Of a stretch of 58,146 nt of DNA, positions 19,615 to 28,257 are shown piece by piece. Source of the stretch: Patescibacteria group bacterium. Lineage in GTDB: Bacteria; Patescibacteriota; Patescibacteriia; 2-01-FULL-39-33. The position numbers were made by a program, and so were the translations under genes. Numbering within the stretch: position 1 is the stretch's first letter; each line of letters starts with the position of its first letter. Location: positions 1 to 58,146 of the forward strand of contig JBAZQS010000004.1 of the NCBI GenBank assembly GCA_041645075.1, written 5' to 3'. Under the pieces are notes generated by a model. That model did no database searches, was not told the origin of the DNA, and saw nothing but the letters and a program-made list of their open reading frames with translations.

Positions 19615-19763
19615 TTACTTTGAATTACGAAACTCCTTCTAAACCCCCTCCCCTTTATAAGGGGAGGGTTGGGGAGGGGTAAAAATATCAGAAAAAGCAT
19701 TAACCCCCTCTTGGTCTCCCCCTTATTAAGGGGGAGAAAAATGAGTTTCGTAATTCAAAGTAA
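19615..19763. repeat. 149-bp MITE-like composite palindromic element in the groES 5' UTR
   Basis: 21-nt perfect terminal inverted repeats (TTACTTTGAATTACGAAACTC / GAGTTTCGTAATTCAAAGTAA). They enclose two G+C-rich hairpins: CCCTCCCCTT-TAT-AAGGGGAGGG and TCTCCCCCTTA-T-TAAGGGGGAGA. Confidence 0.75.
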
Positions 19764-19774
19764 ATGGGCATTTT

Positions 19775-19801
19775 TTAGCACTCTACAATTTAGAGTGCTA
19801 A
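19775..19801. promoter_or_regulatory. CIRCE operator (HrcA binding site)
   Basis: TTAGCACTC-N9-GAGTGCTAA, a perfect match to the CIRCE consensus, just downstream of the predicted -10. Confidence 0.9.
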
Positions 19802-19817
19802 ATAGGTTCTTTTGTAT

Positions 19818-19845
19818 TTTATAATAATGCCTTTATAAATGTCAA
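19818..19845 (-). promoter_or_regulatory. sigma70-type promoter of groES-groEL
   Basis: The minus strand reads TTGACA-16 nt-TATAAA directly upstream of CIRCE. Confidence 0.65.
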
Positions 19846-19925
19846 GCACTTTGGTATACCCCAACGCCAAGCATTGGGGTTTGACGCAGGATTTAGTTTC
19901 CAAAATTTTCATAGGTAAATCGCTA

Positions 19926-19949
19926 CCCCGCCTCTCGTGAGAGGCGGGG
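19926..19949. terminator. G+C-rich hairpin downstream of ORF 20061-20792
   Basis: CCCCGCCTCTC / GAGAGGCGGGG, 11-bp arms. No clear T-run follows, so it may be a stability or processing hairpin. Confidence 0.4.
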
Positions 19950-20060
19950 CGATTGTATAAACCTAATTTTAATTATAAATTAAAACACCGCCTTCATCAA
20001 TTTGAATAGATAAAAGCGGTGCGGATTCAGGGTTAAAAGGTAAAAAGGTACAAGGGTAGA

Positions 20061-20792
20061 TCAGGAAACTACGGAACGAGCGCGCGAACCGAAATGGGCA
20101 CCAGACGGGCGGGAGTAGTCGACGTGGAACCTGCCGTTGTGCCAGTAAGCGCTGGGGACATCGCCACCGGCATAACGCGAACCGGCGCAAAGCGTCAAGT
20201 TCTTGACGTCCAAGTGCTTGCCGGTCTCGCTAAAACACTCCAACTCCAGAACCAGCCGTTCCATTAGGGTAATACCCTTGTGGTTCTCACTGGCGAGCGT
20301 GTTGGCCGACTTGCCCTTGTTTTCCTCGTCGGCTTCCGCCCGATCCCTGACCCAGATGACATATGTTTCCGTTGCCAGCCGGTCATTGGTCGAGACCGCT
20401 TTGTCCAGGTCATCCACATAACGCCAGCAAGGGAAATGCTTGGCGCACATGTCATAGACCTGATTGGGCGTCAGACTTTTAGCCACCACAATGAGGCGGT
20501 CAAAGCCGGGCTGCTGTTCGGGAATTTTGAGATTGGACGGGTCCAGCTCAAGGCCGAAATATTCTTGGTAGAACTTTTTCCAGGAGGCGAGCTGATCGGC
20601 CAAATCAATGCCCGGCAGCAACAGCGCTTCACTTAAAACCCTCTCCAGATCCTTGGCATTGCCGATCCAGCCCTGGGCCGTGGTTGAATCCATTTTCTTC
20701 CAAATTTTGGCCAGGGCCTTGATAACCGCGGTCACGAACTCCGCAAATTGCGGAATAACATCCAGGACATTCCCATTGGTTTTCATGAGCAT
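20061..20792 (-). CDS. hypothetical protein (compositionally atypical orphan)
   Basis: 243-aa ORF, visibly G+C-richer than its neighbours, with no motif I recognise. Several spurious overlapping ORFs on both strands are typical of G+C-rich coding DNA. Confidence 0.5.
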   Translation of the reverse strand: MLMKTNGNVLDVIPQFAEFVTAVIKALAKIWKKMDSTTAQGWIGNAKDLERVLSEALLLPGIDLADQLASWKKFYQEYFGLELDPSNLKIPEQQPGFDRLIVVAKSLTPNQVYDMCAKHFPCWRYVDDLDKAVSTNDRLATETYVIWVRDRAEADEENKGKSANTLASENHKGITLMERLVLELECFSETGKHLDVKNLTLCAGSRYAGGDVPSAYWHNGRFHVDYSRPSGAHFGSRARSVVS

Positions 20793-20910
20793 TTCCCTTC
20801 TTTTTTGAATGTTCTGCCGGTCCTAAGACCAGCCGTTTACCCCATAAATTGAGGTAATTAACATGATTATATCATACCTAACTAATTCTGTCTATAGTTT
20901 AAAAAATAAT

Positions 20911-22317
20911 TTATCTAAATTTAGATAATGTTATAATTTTTTTATATAACTCCAAATACTTTTTTGCCTGAATTTCTATGGTAAATTCTTGCTCGCATTT
21001 TTCTCTGGCCCGTGAACATAAATTTTGATAATTTTCATAATCCAAATCCAAAACCCACTTGATTCCACTCGCTAAATCCTCAACTTCAAACGGCCGGGCC
21101 AGATAACCGCTTTTTTGATGCTCAATCAGATCGGGCAAACCGCCGATATTAAAAGCGACCACGGGCGTGCCGCAAGCCAATGACTCCAGAACCGTATTGG
21201 GCAGATTATCCTGAATTGACGGCGCCACTAACACATCAGCGGCGCTGTAAACAATTGACAAGGCGATGTCGTCATTAAATTTGCCGAGATAATAAATGGG
21301 ACAGTTTAAGCCAATTTTTTCTTTTGGTTTAGAGGCGCCAAAAATTGCCAAACAGACCCCTCCCCAACCCGTTCCAGGGCAGAGCTGAATGCTCTCAGGG
21401 TCGCATTCATCTACGCTCGTCTTCGCCTCGCTTCTGCCCGTCTGATTACAGACCCCTTGTAAAGGGGAGGGAGAGTTACGGGAACACAAACAATCAATGG
21501 CGGATTTTAAATAGGAAAATCCCTTGCGCGGATTATCCAGTCCGTTCATCGCGCCAAAAAGAATAATTTTTTTATCCAACGGCAGATTTAAAATATTTCT
21601 GGCGATATTTTTATCCAGCGGCTTAAATATTTTCGTATTCACGCCGTAAGGAATGGTACAAATAGGATAATTTTTTCTGCCATAGGCAGACCCGCCTTTG
21701 GCGGAAAATAAATAACTTTCTTGAGCGCATTTAGTCAGCCACCGGCTGGGCGCGACCATGGTTAAATTTTTTAGATTTTTTAAAACTTTTTCTTTTCGGC
21801 GCCAAACCCACTTATCTACATCAAGGCCTGTTTGATTTTTCGGCCTATTGCCCCGATTATACCCCTCCCGATATCTTATATCGCCTTCAGCCACATAATG
21901 CTCGGCGCCGCAAAACGGCCACATATCATGAAATGTCCAGACAATGGGACAATTTATTTTTTTAAAATCCTCGGGCTTCATATAACCGCGATTAAACCAA
22001 TGGACATTGACAATATCGGGATTAATTTCGCGAAGTCGGCCGAAATCAACCGAGGAAATCACGGCCGGCGACTTAAAGGGGTCTTCTTTTTTAAATAATA
22101 AAAATCTGGCCGCGTCTTCTATGGCCGGACCGGCCAGTTGATTTAAAAATTTTTTCCATTTTGTTTCCGGACCCAAAACCGCCAAGTCATCGCTGAATTT
22201 TTTTTGGACCATCATCCGTGATTCTATTCCCAAATCAATAAGGCCACGATGCAAATTATAGGCGGGCTTTGAGGCCCCGCCTTTTATATCCGAGGTGCTG
22301 ATGATGATTATTTTCAT
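20911..22317 (-). CDS. family-4 glycosyltransferase carrying in-frame repeat insertions
   Basis: C-terminal GT-B motif NTVLESLACGTPVVAFNIGGLPD. The ~40-aa segment NSPSPLQGVCNQTGRSEAKTSVDECDPESIQLCPGTGWGGVC is encoded by a repeat element. Confidence 0.75.
   Translation of the reverse strand: MKIIIISTSDIKGGASKPAYNLHRGLIDLGIESRMMVQKKFSDDLAVLGPETKWKKFLNQLAGPAIEDAARFLLFKKEDPFKSPAVISSVDFGRLREINPDIVNVHWFNRGYMKPEDFKKINCPIVWTFHDMWPFCGAEHYVAEGDIRYREGYNRGNRPKNQTGLDVDKWVWRRKEKVLKNLKNLTMVAPSRWLTKCAQESYLFSAKGGSAYGRKNYPICTIPYGVNTKIFKPLDKNIARNILNLPLDKKIILFGAMNGLDNPRKGFSYLKSAIDCLCSRNSPSPLQGVCNQTGRSEAKTSVDECDPESIQLCPGTGWGGVCLAIFGASKPKEKIGLNCPIYYLGKFNDDIALSIVYSAADVLVAPSIQDNLPNTVLESLACGTPVVAFNIGGLPDLIEHQKSGYLARPFEVEDLASGIKWVLDLDYENYQNLCSRAREKCEQEFTIEIQAKKYLELYKKIITLSKFR
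21355..21475. repeat. ~120-bp nested G+C-rich palindromic element inside the GT4 ORF
   Basis: An outer CCCC..TT/AAGGGG-type module (as at 19650-19680) is interrupted by a core that is the reverse complement of 52320-52393: GACGGGCAGAAGCGAGGCGAAGACGAGCGTAGATGAATGCGA ... GCATTCAGCTCTGCCC. Confidence 0.75.
21672..21709. repeat. short repeat module inside the GT4 ORF (copy of the groEL 3' UTR module)
   Basis: TTTTTCTGCCATAGGCAGACCCGCCTTTGGCGGAAAAT. It encodes SAKGGSAYGRK in the host frame. Confidence 0.5.
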
Positions 22318-22332
22318 TTTAATTTAATCGCC

Positions 22333-23841
22333 TTAACTTTCAAAATCAACTTGCCTGAAAACAAACGCAAGGCCTATCCACCAAATCATAATGCCAACAT
22401 ATTGCGTCCAAAGATAATGGTCAAACAAGCCAATCAGGCCCAAAGCTGGCCACAAAACCAATCCCGCCAAATTTTTATTTTTAACGGAAAATATTATGGC
22501 GTAAAAATAAAAAAATAAAAAAATAAAAAAGCCGATAAGGCCCAGCTCCGCCCAAACCAACAAAAAAATGTTGTGAACGGGCTGGTATTCATTGGTTTTT
22601 AAATTTGGATTTTGCTTATATAAATACCAAGTATAATTGCCCAAACCCGCGCCCAACAACCATTTATCTTTGATAATTTGTTCCGCCCCTTTCCTTAAGT
22701 CCGCTCTCCGGGCCAAGCTAATCCGCTCTAAATTTTCCCGGGCGGAAAAACGGGTGAACAATAACGGCCAATAAATTACTGATAAACAGCCAATCAATAT
22801 TATAATAGACGCGGTAATCTGCCATAACTCTTTTAAATATAATTTTTTAGCCGAACCCGGCTCGGGTTTTAAATATAGAGAGATGGTGGCAAAACTATTT
22901 TGTTGCGAAATTTTTGACTTTTTGAGCGAGACAAGGAGGGCCAGTAAAAAGATATGAGCCGTAGCAGCAGCTACGGTGAGAATCTTTTTGCGCCAGCCCG
23001 ACGAAGTCGCAGCCAAAAAGGACAAATTGCAGCAAAAATAGTTTTGCCACCATCTCAAAATATAGGCGAATAGGAAAATCAAATAGCCGACGCCCGCGCC
23101 CAGCCAAGCCGAACGGGAAAAGCTGAAAAAAATTCCGGCCGAAATAATTAAAATCAAGGCGATCAATAGTAATTTCATTTTCGGCTTGGCTAAATAATAT
23201 TTAAAATAAATAATCAAAGCCAAGAAAAAACCAAGCAACAAAAAACCGCCTAAAATATTCGGGTGGGGAAAACTGCCATACGGCCTTAACCAGAAACCGC
23301 TTGCTTCAATGACTACCGCTCCGACATCGCCGGGCCGATGGCCGGCCAAGCCCAGCCATTTGTTGGCCGCGACGGCTTGAGACAAAAATTGCCCAATGGC
23401 TAAAACCGCCTGAACCGCTCCGGCCGAAACGAGCGCCCAGTTTATTTTTTTTATATTAAATTTAAAATTTAAAATCAAAAAAAATAAAATAATGCCTTCG
23501 GCCAATTTAAACCACCAATAAAATGCCAGCGGTTTATCGGCGCTCCAAAAAATTGACAGAGAGGCCCATAAGAAAAAAATCCAAATCGCCAATACCGCCA
23601 ATAATTTTTTCCTATTGATTGACTTTAAATCAATTGAATATTTTCTGGCTCCGGCCCAGACGATTAACTGTAAAATCAAAATCAGCCACAAAATAATTTC
23701 CGACCCATACAAGCCATATGTGCCATATTGCCATTTACCGCCATTTAACATACCCTCCCGCCAAATCCAAACCGTCTGCCAGGGCAAAAAAAATAAAAAT
23801 AATAAAAACAGATATTCAATGACTTTTTTAATCTTGGCCAT
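22333..23841 (-). CDS. O-antigen ligase / Wzy_C-family polytopic membrane protein with in-frame repeat insertion
   Basis: More than 10 TM helices and the FSFSRSAWLG motif. Residues RWWQNYF...NSFATIS are encoded by a 177-bp TIR element. Confidence 0.65.
   Translation of the reverse strand: MAKIKKVIEYLFLLFLFFLPWQTVWIWREGMLNGGKWQYGTYGLYGSEIILWLILILQLIVWAGARKYSIDLKSINRKKLLAVLAIWIFFLWASLSIFWSADKPLAFYWWFKLAEGIILFFLILNFKFNIKKINWALVSAGAVQAVLAIGQFLSQAVAANKWLGLAGHRPGDVGAVVIEASGFWLRPYGSFPHPNILGGFLLLGFFLALIIYFKYYLAKPKMKLLLIALILIISAGIFFSFSRSAWLGAGVGYLIFLFAYILRWWQNYFCCNLSFLAATSSGWRKKILTVAAATAHIFLLALLVSLKKSKISQQNSFATISLYLKPEPGSAKKLYLKELWQITASIIILIGCLSVIYWPLLFTRFSARENLERISLARRADLRKGAEQIIKDKWLLGAGLGNYTWYLYKQNPNLKTNEYQPVHNIFLLVWAELGLIGFFIFLFFYFYAIIFSVKNKNLAGLVLWPALGLIGLFDHYLWTQYVGIMIWWIGLAFVFRQVDFES
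22880..23056. repeat. 177-bp TIR element, genic copy (in frame in the O-antigen-ligase-like ORF)
   Basis: GAGATGGTGGCAAAACTAT ... ATAGTTTTGCCACCATCTC termini and a central CGTAGC-N4-GCTACG hairpin. Homologous to 28695-28871. Confidence 0.85.
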
Positions 23842-24766
23842 TGATTAAATGATTAATTTTTAATTTATAGTTTCGTTCAAATCCGCGGCTGCGATTGCTA
23901 TCGTGGAGTTTCAGCATTTGGCGGTTGATAATTACATCCGTGCTTTCATTTTTATCTTTTTTATCTTTCATCGCCTTCAGGCCCTCGGGTAAAATAAACA
24001 TTTGGAATTTTTCAAAATACTTTTCGGGGATAACGCCCGCGATTTTTTCTAAAATTGTTTTTATCAAACCCCGGCTTGATTTTATTTTGCGGCGACAATT
24101 TATTTGATAGGGAAACCAGGCCGGAAATTTTTCTTTGAGCCAGCGATTGGCCTCAAAAAACTCCCGGCCGATATTATCTTCCTCATAAATAAAAATAAAT
24201 TGGGCGGTACCGTAGCCATAAAAATTTTCATTGTCCGGGGATATGGCGGAGCTTAAATTCAATTTATCGCCGGCGACAAAATAACTGACGCAAATTTTAT
24301 CCCGAGAATTTTTTTTATCGGGCCTGAGATTGAAAAATTTTAAAAAAGAATTGATAAAAAAGCGACCGGACCATATTCTTCCTTGCTCGGCAATAATAAA
24401 TAAATCAACATCGCTTTCCGGCTTAGTATTGCCCAAGGACAGGGAGCCATAGACGGCGATGCCTCTAATCCAGGGCAGAACTTTCAAAAATTTAATCACC
24501 CTGATCGCCTTTTTAAATTTACCAGGCGATAAGCAATAGGATCTGAGTTTTTTATCAACCAAAAAGTCCCGGCCGGCCAAAAAATAAAAACCGTTTTTAC
24601 GGCCAATAATCCCCTCTCTTTTTAAATGGTCTAAGGCCTTCTTTAATTCTATTGGCGCCGTCAAAAAATCCAGCCACTCATGCAGGGCGAAAAAAGTAAG
24701 GGGATATTCTAACATATCAAAATAGGCAGTCGCCTTTAATATAGATTTTTCCAAGTCATTAATCAT
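23828..24766 (-). CDS. nucleotidyltransferase-domain protein (Pol-beta superfamily)
   Basis: VYGSLSLGNTKPESDVDLFII motif. It overlaps the downstream ligase gene by 14 nt. Confidence 0.5.
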   Translation of the reverse strand: MINDLEKSILKATAYFDMLEYPLTFFALHEWLDFLTAPIELKKALDHLKREGIIGRKNGFYFLAGRDFLVDKKLRSYCLSPGKFKKAIRVIKFLKVLPWIRGIAVYGSLSLGNTKPESDVDLFIIAEQGRIWSGRFFINSFLKFFNLRPDKKNSRDKICVSYFVAGDKLNLSSAISPDNENFYGYGTAQFIFIYEEDNIGREFFEANRWLKEKFPAWFPYQINCRRKIKSSRGLIKTILEKIAGVIPEKYFEKFQMFILPEGLKAMKDKKDKNESTDVIINRQMLKLHDSNRSRGFERNYKLKINHLINGQD

Positions 24767-24785
24767 TTTATGGCTATTGTTATAT

Positions 24786-24807
24786 GAGATAGTTACAAAA
24801 TTATCTC
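24786..24807. repeat. GAGAT-family motif (single arm plus short closing CTC)
   Basis: GAGATAGTTACAAAATTATCTC, 20 nt upstream of the 24766 start codon. Confidence 0.5.
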
Positions 24808-24945
24808 AATATAAATTTACCACAACATGGGGCGTCTGGCAAAATCCAATCCTTGTCATCATGCCTAAAATATTCTATAATAAAAAACGTTCAGCCATAG
24901 CAAAAACATATTAGTTTTCAACTAAAAAAATTTGCCGCTAAGCTG

Positions 24946-26250
24946 TTGTCTTTTACCATCAAGGCCTTTAACCTCGCCGGCCGTTTTTCGGGCGGGCTAT
25001 TGGCGATTATTAAAAAAATCCTTTGGCCGGCTATAAAATTTATTTTAAAATTCCTGGTCGTGCCGATCTATGGCCGGTATCTTTGGTTTAAAAATAAAAT
25101 TTCAAAAAAAGCGGCCAACCCCCGCGAAAAAATAATTTTAATCTTTACCAATCGGTACATTGTTCATATTTTAATTATCGCCATCGCCTTGGGCGTGGTG
25201 GCGTCAAATCTGCTCGCTTATGAAAAAAGCGAGGACTACGGACGCGGCGCCTTAATCAATAAATTCATCCAAATTGAAGATATAGAAACCATTGAGGACA
25301 CGGTTGACGCCCAGAATATTTCACAAATTAATAATTACCAGGGCGAGGGTTCGCTCTTGACTAGCAACGCTTTCACCGAAGCCCAACGGAAAGAAGAGCA
25401 AGTTGCCAGCGAGCAAGATGGTTTGGGTCTGGCCATGACCCAGGGCGGCAATACTTTAATCAAACCGGAATTAGCCAGCACCGAATCGGCCAAAATCGGC
25501 AGTAGAAGCGTCAAGGAATATGTGGTTAAAGAAGGAGACGCGGTGAGCGCCATTTCCGACCGATTTAATCTTTCGGTTGAAACCATACTGTGGGCCAATA
25601 ATCTGACGATCAGGTCTTATATAAAACCAGGTCAAAAATTAATTATCCCGCCGGTGGACGGCGTCTTGCATAAAATCACCAAGGGCGACACCATCGCTAA
25701 AATCGCCAAAAAATATCAAGCCGTGGAAGCCCAAATCAGAAACTTTAATTATATGGATGACGCTTCGTTGGCGGTCGGCGATATTATTATAGTGCCGGGC
25801 GGAAAAATTATCGCCGTCCAACGGCCGCAATATGCCGGATCTCAAACCACCGTGTCAAGCGGAGCGGTTCCGCCGCTGCCGGCTGGCAGTACCATGTATT
25901 GGCCAAGTGTTTGCCGCCGAATTACCCAATATTTCCGTAACTGGCGCCACACGGGCGTTGATATTGCCTGCGCGGTTAATTCTGAAATTAGGGCCGCCCA
26001 AAGCGGCGTAGTCAGCCGTGTTCAATACAGCCGCGTCGGGTATGGAAACAATATAACAATTAACCATGGCAGCGGCAAACAAACTCTGTATGGCCACTTG
26101 AATAAAATCTATGTAACCGCCGGGCAAACCGTAAGCGCCGGGCAGGTTATCGGCTCAGAGGGCTCAACGGGCCGTTCAACTGGTCCGCATTTACATTTTG
26201 AAGTGCTCATAAACGGAGCTCGCGTTAATCCGTTAAACTATGTCAGGTAA
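24946..26250 (+). CDS. LysM-domain M23 family peptidoglycan endopeptidase
   Basis: Two LysM-like repeats (YVVKEGDAVSAISDRF, HKITKGDTIAKIAKKY) and the M23 motifs HTGVDIA and GSTGRSTGPHLHFEV. The TTG start is from the track; the true start is uncertain. Confidence 0.8.
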   Translation: MSFTIKAFNLAGRFSGGLLAIIKKILWPAIKFILKFLVVPIYGRYLWFKNKISKKAANPREKIILIFTNRYIVHILIIAIALGVVASNLLAYEKSEDYGRGALINKFIQIEDIETIEDTVDAQNISQINNYQGEGSLLTSNAFTEAQRKEEQVASEQDGLGLAMTQGGNTLIKPELASTESAKIGSRSVKEYVVKEGDAVSAISDRFNLSVETILWANNLTIRSYIKPGQKLIIPPVDGVLHKITKGDTIAKIAKKYQAVEAQIRNFNYMDDASLAVGDIIIVPGGKIIAVQRPQYAGSQTTVSSGAVPPLPAGSTMYWPSVCRRITQYFRNWRHTGVDIACAVNSEIRAAQSGVVSRVQYSRVGYGNNITINHGSGKQTLYGHLNKIYVTAGQTVSAGQVIGSEGSTGRSTGPHLHFEVLINGARVNPLNYVR

Positions 26251-26254
26251 AAAT

Positions 26255-27781
26255 TTATTCTATTCTCGGCCGATATTGCAAGCTCTCGGCCAAATGCTCG
26301 GTTAGAATTTTTTCGCTGCCCGCCAAATCAGCAATGGTTCTGGCTAATTTCAAAATCCGATGATAAGCGCGCGCCGATAAATGAAGCTTGTCAACCGCGC
26401 TCCGAAGCAGGCCCTTTGACGGCTCGTCTAAAACGCAATATTTTTTAATTTGCTGGGAATTCATTTCTGAATTATCAATAATATTGACGCCTCTAAATCT
26501 TTGCTCCTGAATATCGCGCGCCCTCTGTACCCTTTCTCTGATTTGTTTAGAACTTTCCGACGGCTGATCGCTTTCTAATTTTTCAAATTTAACCCGCGGG
26601 ACTTCTATGTGCAAATCAATTCTATCTAATAGCGGCCCAGACGCTCTTTTTTGATATTTAATAATCTGCATGGGGGCGCAGACGCATTCTTTGTCCGGGT
26701 CGGAAGAAAAGCCGCAGGGGCATGGGTTCATGGCGGCCACCAAAATAAATCTGGCCGGAAATTTTAAGGTGCCGGCGGCGCGCGAGACGGAAATAATTCC
26801 ATCCTCCAGTGGCTGGCGCAAATTTTCTAAAACCACCTTGGGAAATTCTAAAAATTCATCCAAAAATAAAACACCGCGATGCGCCAAAGATATTTCGCCC
26901 GGCCGCGGCCAAGCGCCACCGCCCACCAAAGCCACGCCCGAAGCCGTATGGTGGGGCGAACGAAACGGCCGATTAGTAATCAAGGGCTGGTTAATCGGCA
27001 ATAAGCCGGCGGCGCTGTAAATCCTGGTGACTTCCAAACTTTCCGCCAAAACCATTTTCGGCAAAATAGAAGACATGGCCTTAGCCAGCATGGTTTTGCC
27101 CGCGCCGGGCGGGCCGGACATCAGCAAATTGTGCGAGCCGGCGGCCGCGATTTCCATGGCTCTTTTGGCCTGCTCCTGCCCTTTAATGTAAGCCATGTCG
27201 CCCTCAAAAAATTCCGGCTCAAAATAATCGCCTTCATTTTTAAGATAAGCGCCGATTAATTCCACCCCCTTTAAGTGTTTGGCCAATTGCTCAAGATTTT
27301 CCAAGGGGAAAATATTTATATCATCTACCAAGGCCGCTTCGGCCGCGTTATCTTTTGGCAGAAATAAATTTTTAATACCCCGGTTTCTGCACATCAAAGC
27401 CACGGATAAAATGCCGTTAACCGGCCGCAAATTGCCGTCAAGCGCCAGCTCGCCGACAAATAAACTTTCATTTATATTATTGTCGCCAAGGCCCAATTGA
27501 TTCGCTTGTTTTAAGCAAGCCACGGCAATGGGCAAATCAAAATAAGTACCGCTTTTATGCAAATCGGCCGGCGCTAAATTAATGGTCACGTTGCCTCGTG
27601 GAAATTCCAAAGAAGAATTCCTGACCGCGCTCCGAACACGGCTTTTTGATTCGTCCACGGACTTGTCGGCCAAGCCGACAATAAAAATGCCGATATTGCC
27701 GTGAGGTGAATTATCGGCTTCCACTTCCACCAACTCGCAATCCAAACCAATTACGGCCGCGGCTAAAACTTTTGAAGACAT
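26255..27781 (-). CDS. comM: YifB/ComM-family Mg-chelatase-like AAA+ ATPase
   Basis: Lon-protease-like N-terminal domain, Walker A GPPGAGKT, and a length of 508 aa typical of the family. Confidence 0.85.
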   Translation of the reverse strand: MSSKVLAAAVIGLDCELVEVEADNSPHGNIGIFIVGLADKSVDESKSRVRSAVRNSSLEFPRGNVTINLAPADLHKSGTYFDLPIAVACLKQANQLGLGDNNINESLFVGELALDGNLRPVNGILSVALMCRNRGIKNLFLPKDNAAEAALVDDINIFPLENLEQLAKHLKGVELIGAYLKNEGDYFEPEFFEGDMAYIKGQEQAKRAMEIAAAGSHNLLMSGPPGAGKTMLAKAMSSILPKMVLAESLEVTRIYSAAGLLPINQPLITNRPFRSPHHTASGVALVGGGAWPRPGEISLAHRGVLFLDEFLEFPKVVLENLRQPLEDGIISVSRAAGTLKFPARFILVAAMNPCPCGFSSDPDKECVCAPMQIIKYQKRASGPLLDRIDLHIEVPRVKFEKLESDQPSESSKQIRERVQRARDIQEQRFRGVNIIDNSEMNSQQIKKYCVLDEPSKGLLRSAVDKLHLSARAYHRILKLARTIADLAGSEKILTEHLAESLQYRPRIE

Positions 27782-27794
27782 AAATTAAAAAATA

Positions 27795-28256
27795 CTATTT
27801 TATGGCTTTCTGTTTTTTCAAATTTTTTATCAAAAGGCCGAAAACCCCAATCACAATCATCGTGTCCGCTAAATTAAAGACGGCATAATATTTCAAGTCA
27901 ATATAATCAATCACCTGGCCGCCGTAAAGGCGGTCTAAAAAATTAGAAAAGGCGCCGGCGACAATCAAGCTCAAGAAAAAAATATAAAAATAATTTTTCT
28001 TTTGATAATAAGCGATTAAAAACCAAATCAGCCCCGCCAAAACCAAAATATAAAAAATCAAGATAAGATAAAAATTCAAAGGCAGACCAAAAGCAATCCC
28101 CGGATTAAGAGATAATTTCAATTTAAGCCAATCGCCAAAAACAAAAAACTCTCCGGACGCGGGGAATCTTTTAAAAAATATTTTTAAGACGCGGTCAATA
28201 ACAAAAAATAACAAAGCGAAAAAATTTATGGCAAAAATTCTTTTGTCCCAGCGCAT
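27795..28256 (-). CDS. lspA: lipoprotein signal peptidase II
   Basis: 153 aa with 4 TM helices and the FNLAD motif. Confidence 0.8.
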   Translation of the reverse strand: MRWDKRIFAINFFALLFFVIDRVLKIFFKRFPASGEFFVFGDWLKLKLSLNPGIAFGLPLNFYLILIFYILVLAGLIWFLIAYYQKKNYFYIFFLSLIVAGAFSNFLDRLYGGQVIDYIDLKYYAVFNLADTMIVIGVFGLLIKNLKKQKAIK

Positions 28257-28257
28257 A

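Noticed and set aside
19969-20808. Cluster of overlapping ORFs (19969-20190, 20203-20421, 20264-20455, 20280-20636, 20608-20808) around ORF 20061-20792
   Set aside because: These are by-products of elevated G+C, which gives few stop codons in any frame. Only the longest ORF spans the whole island.
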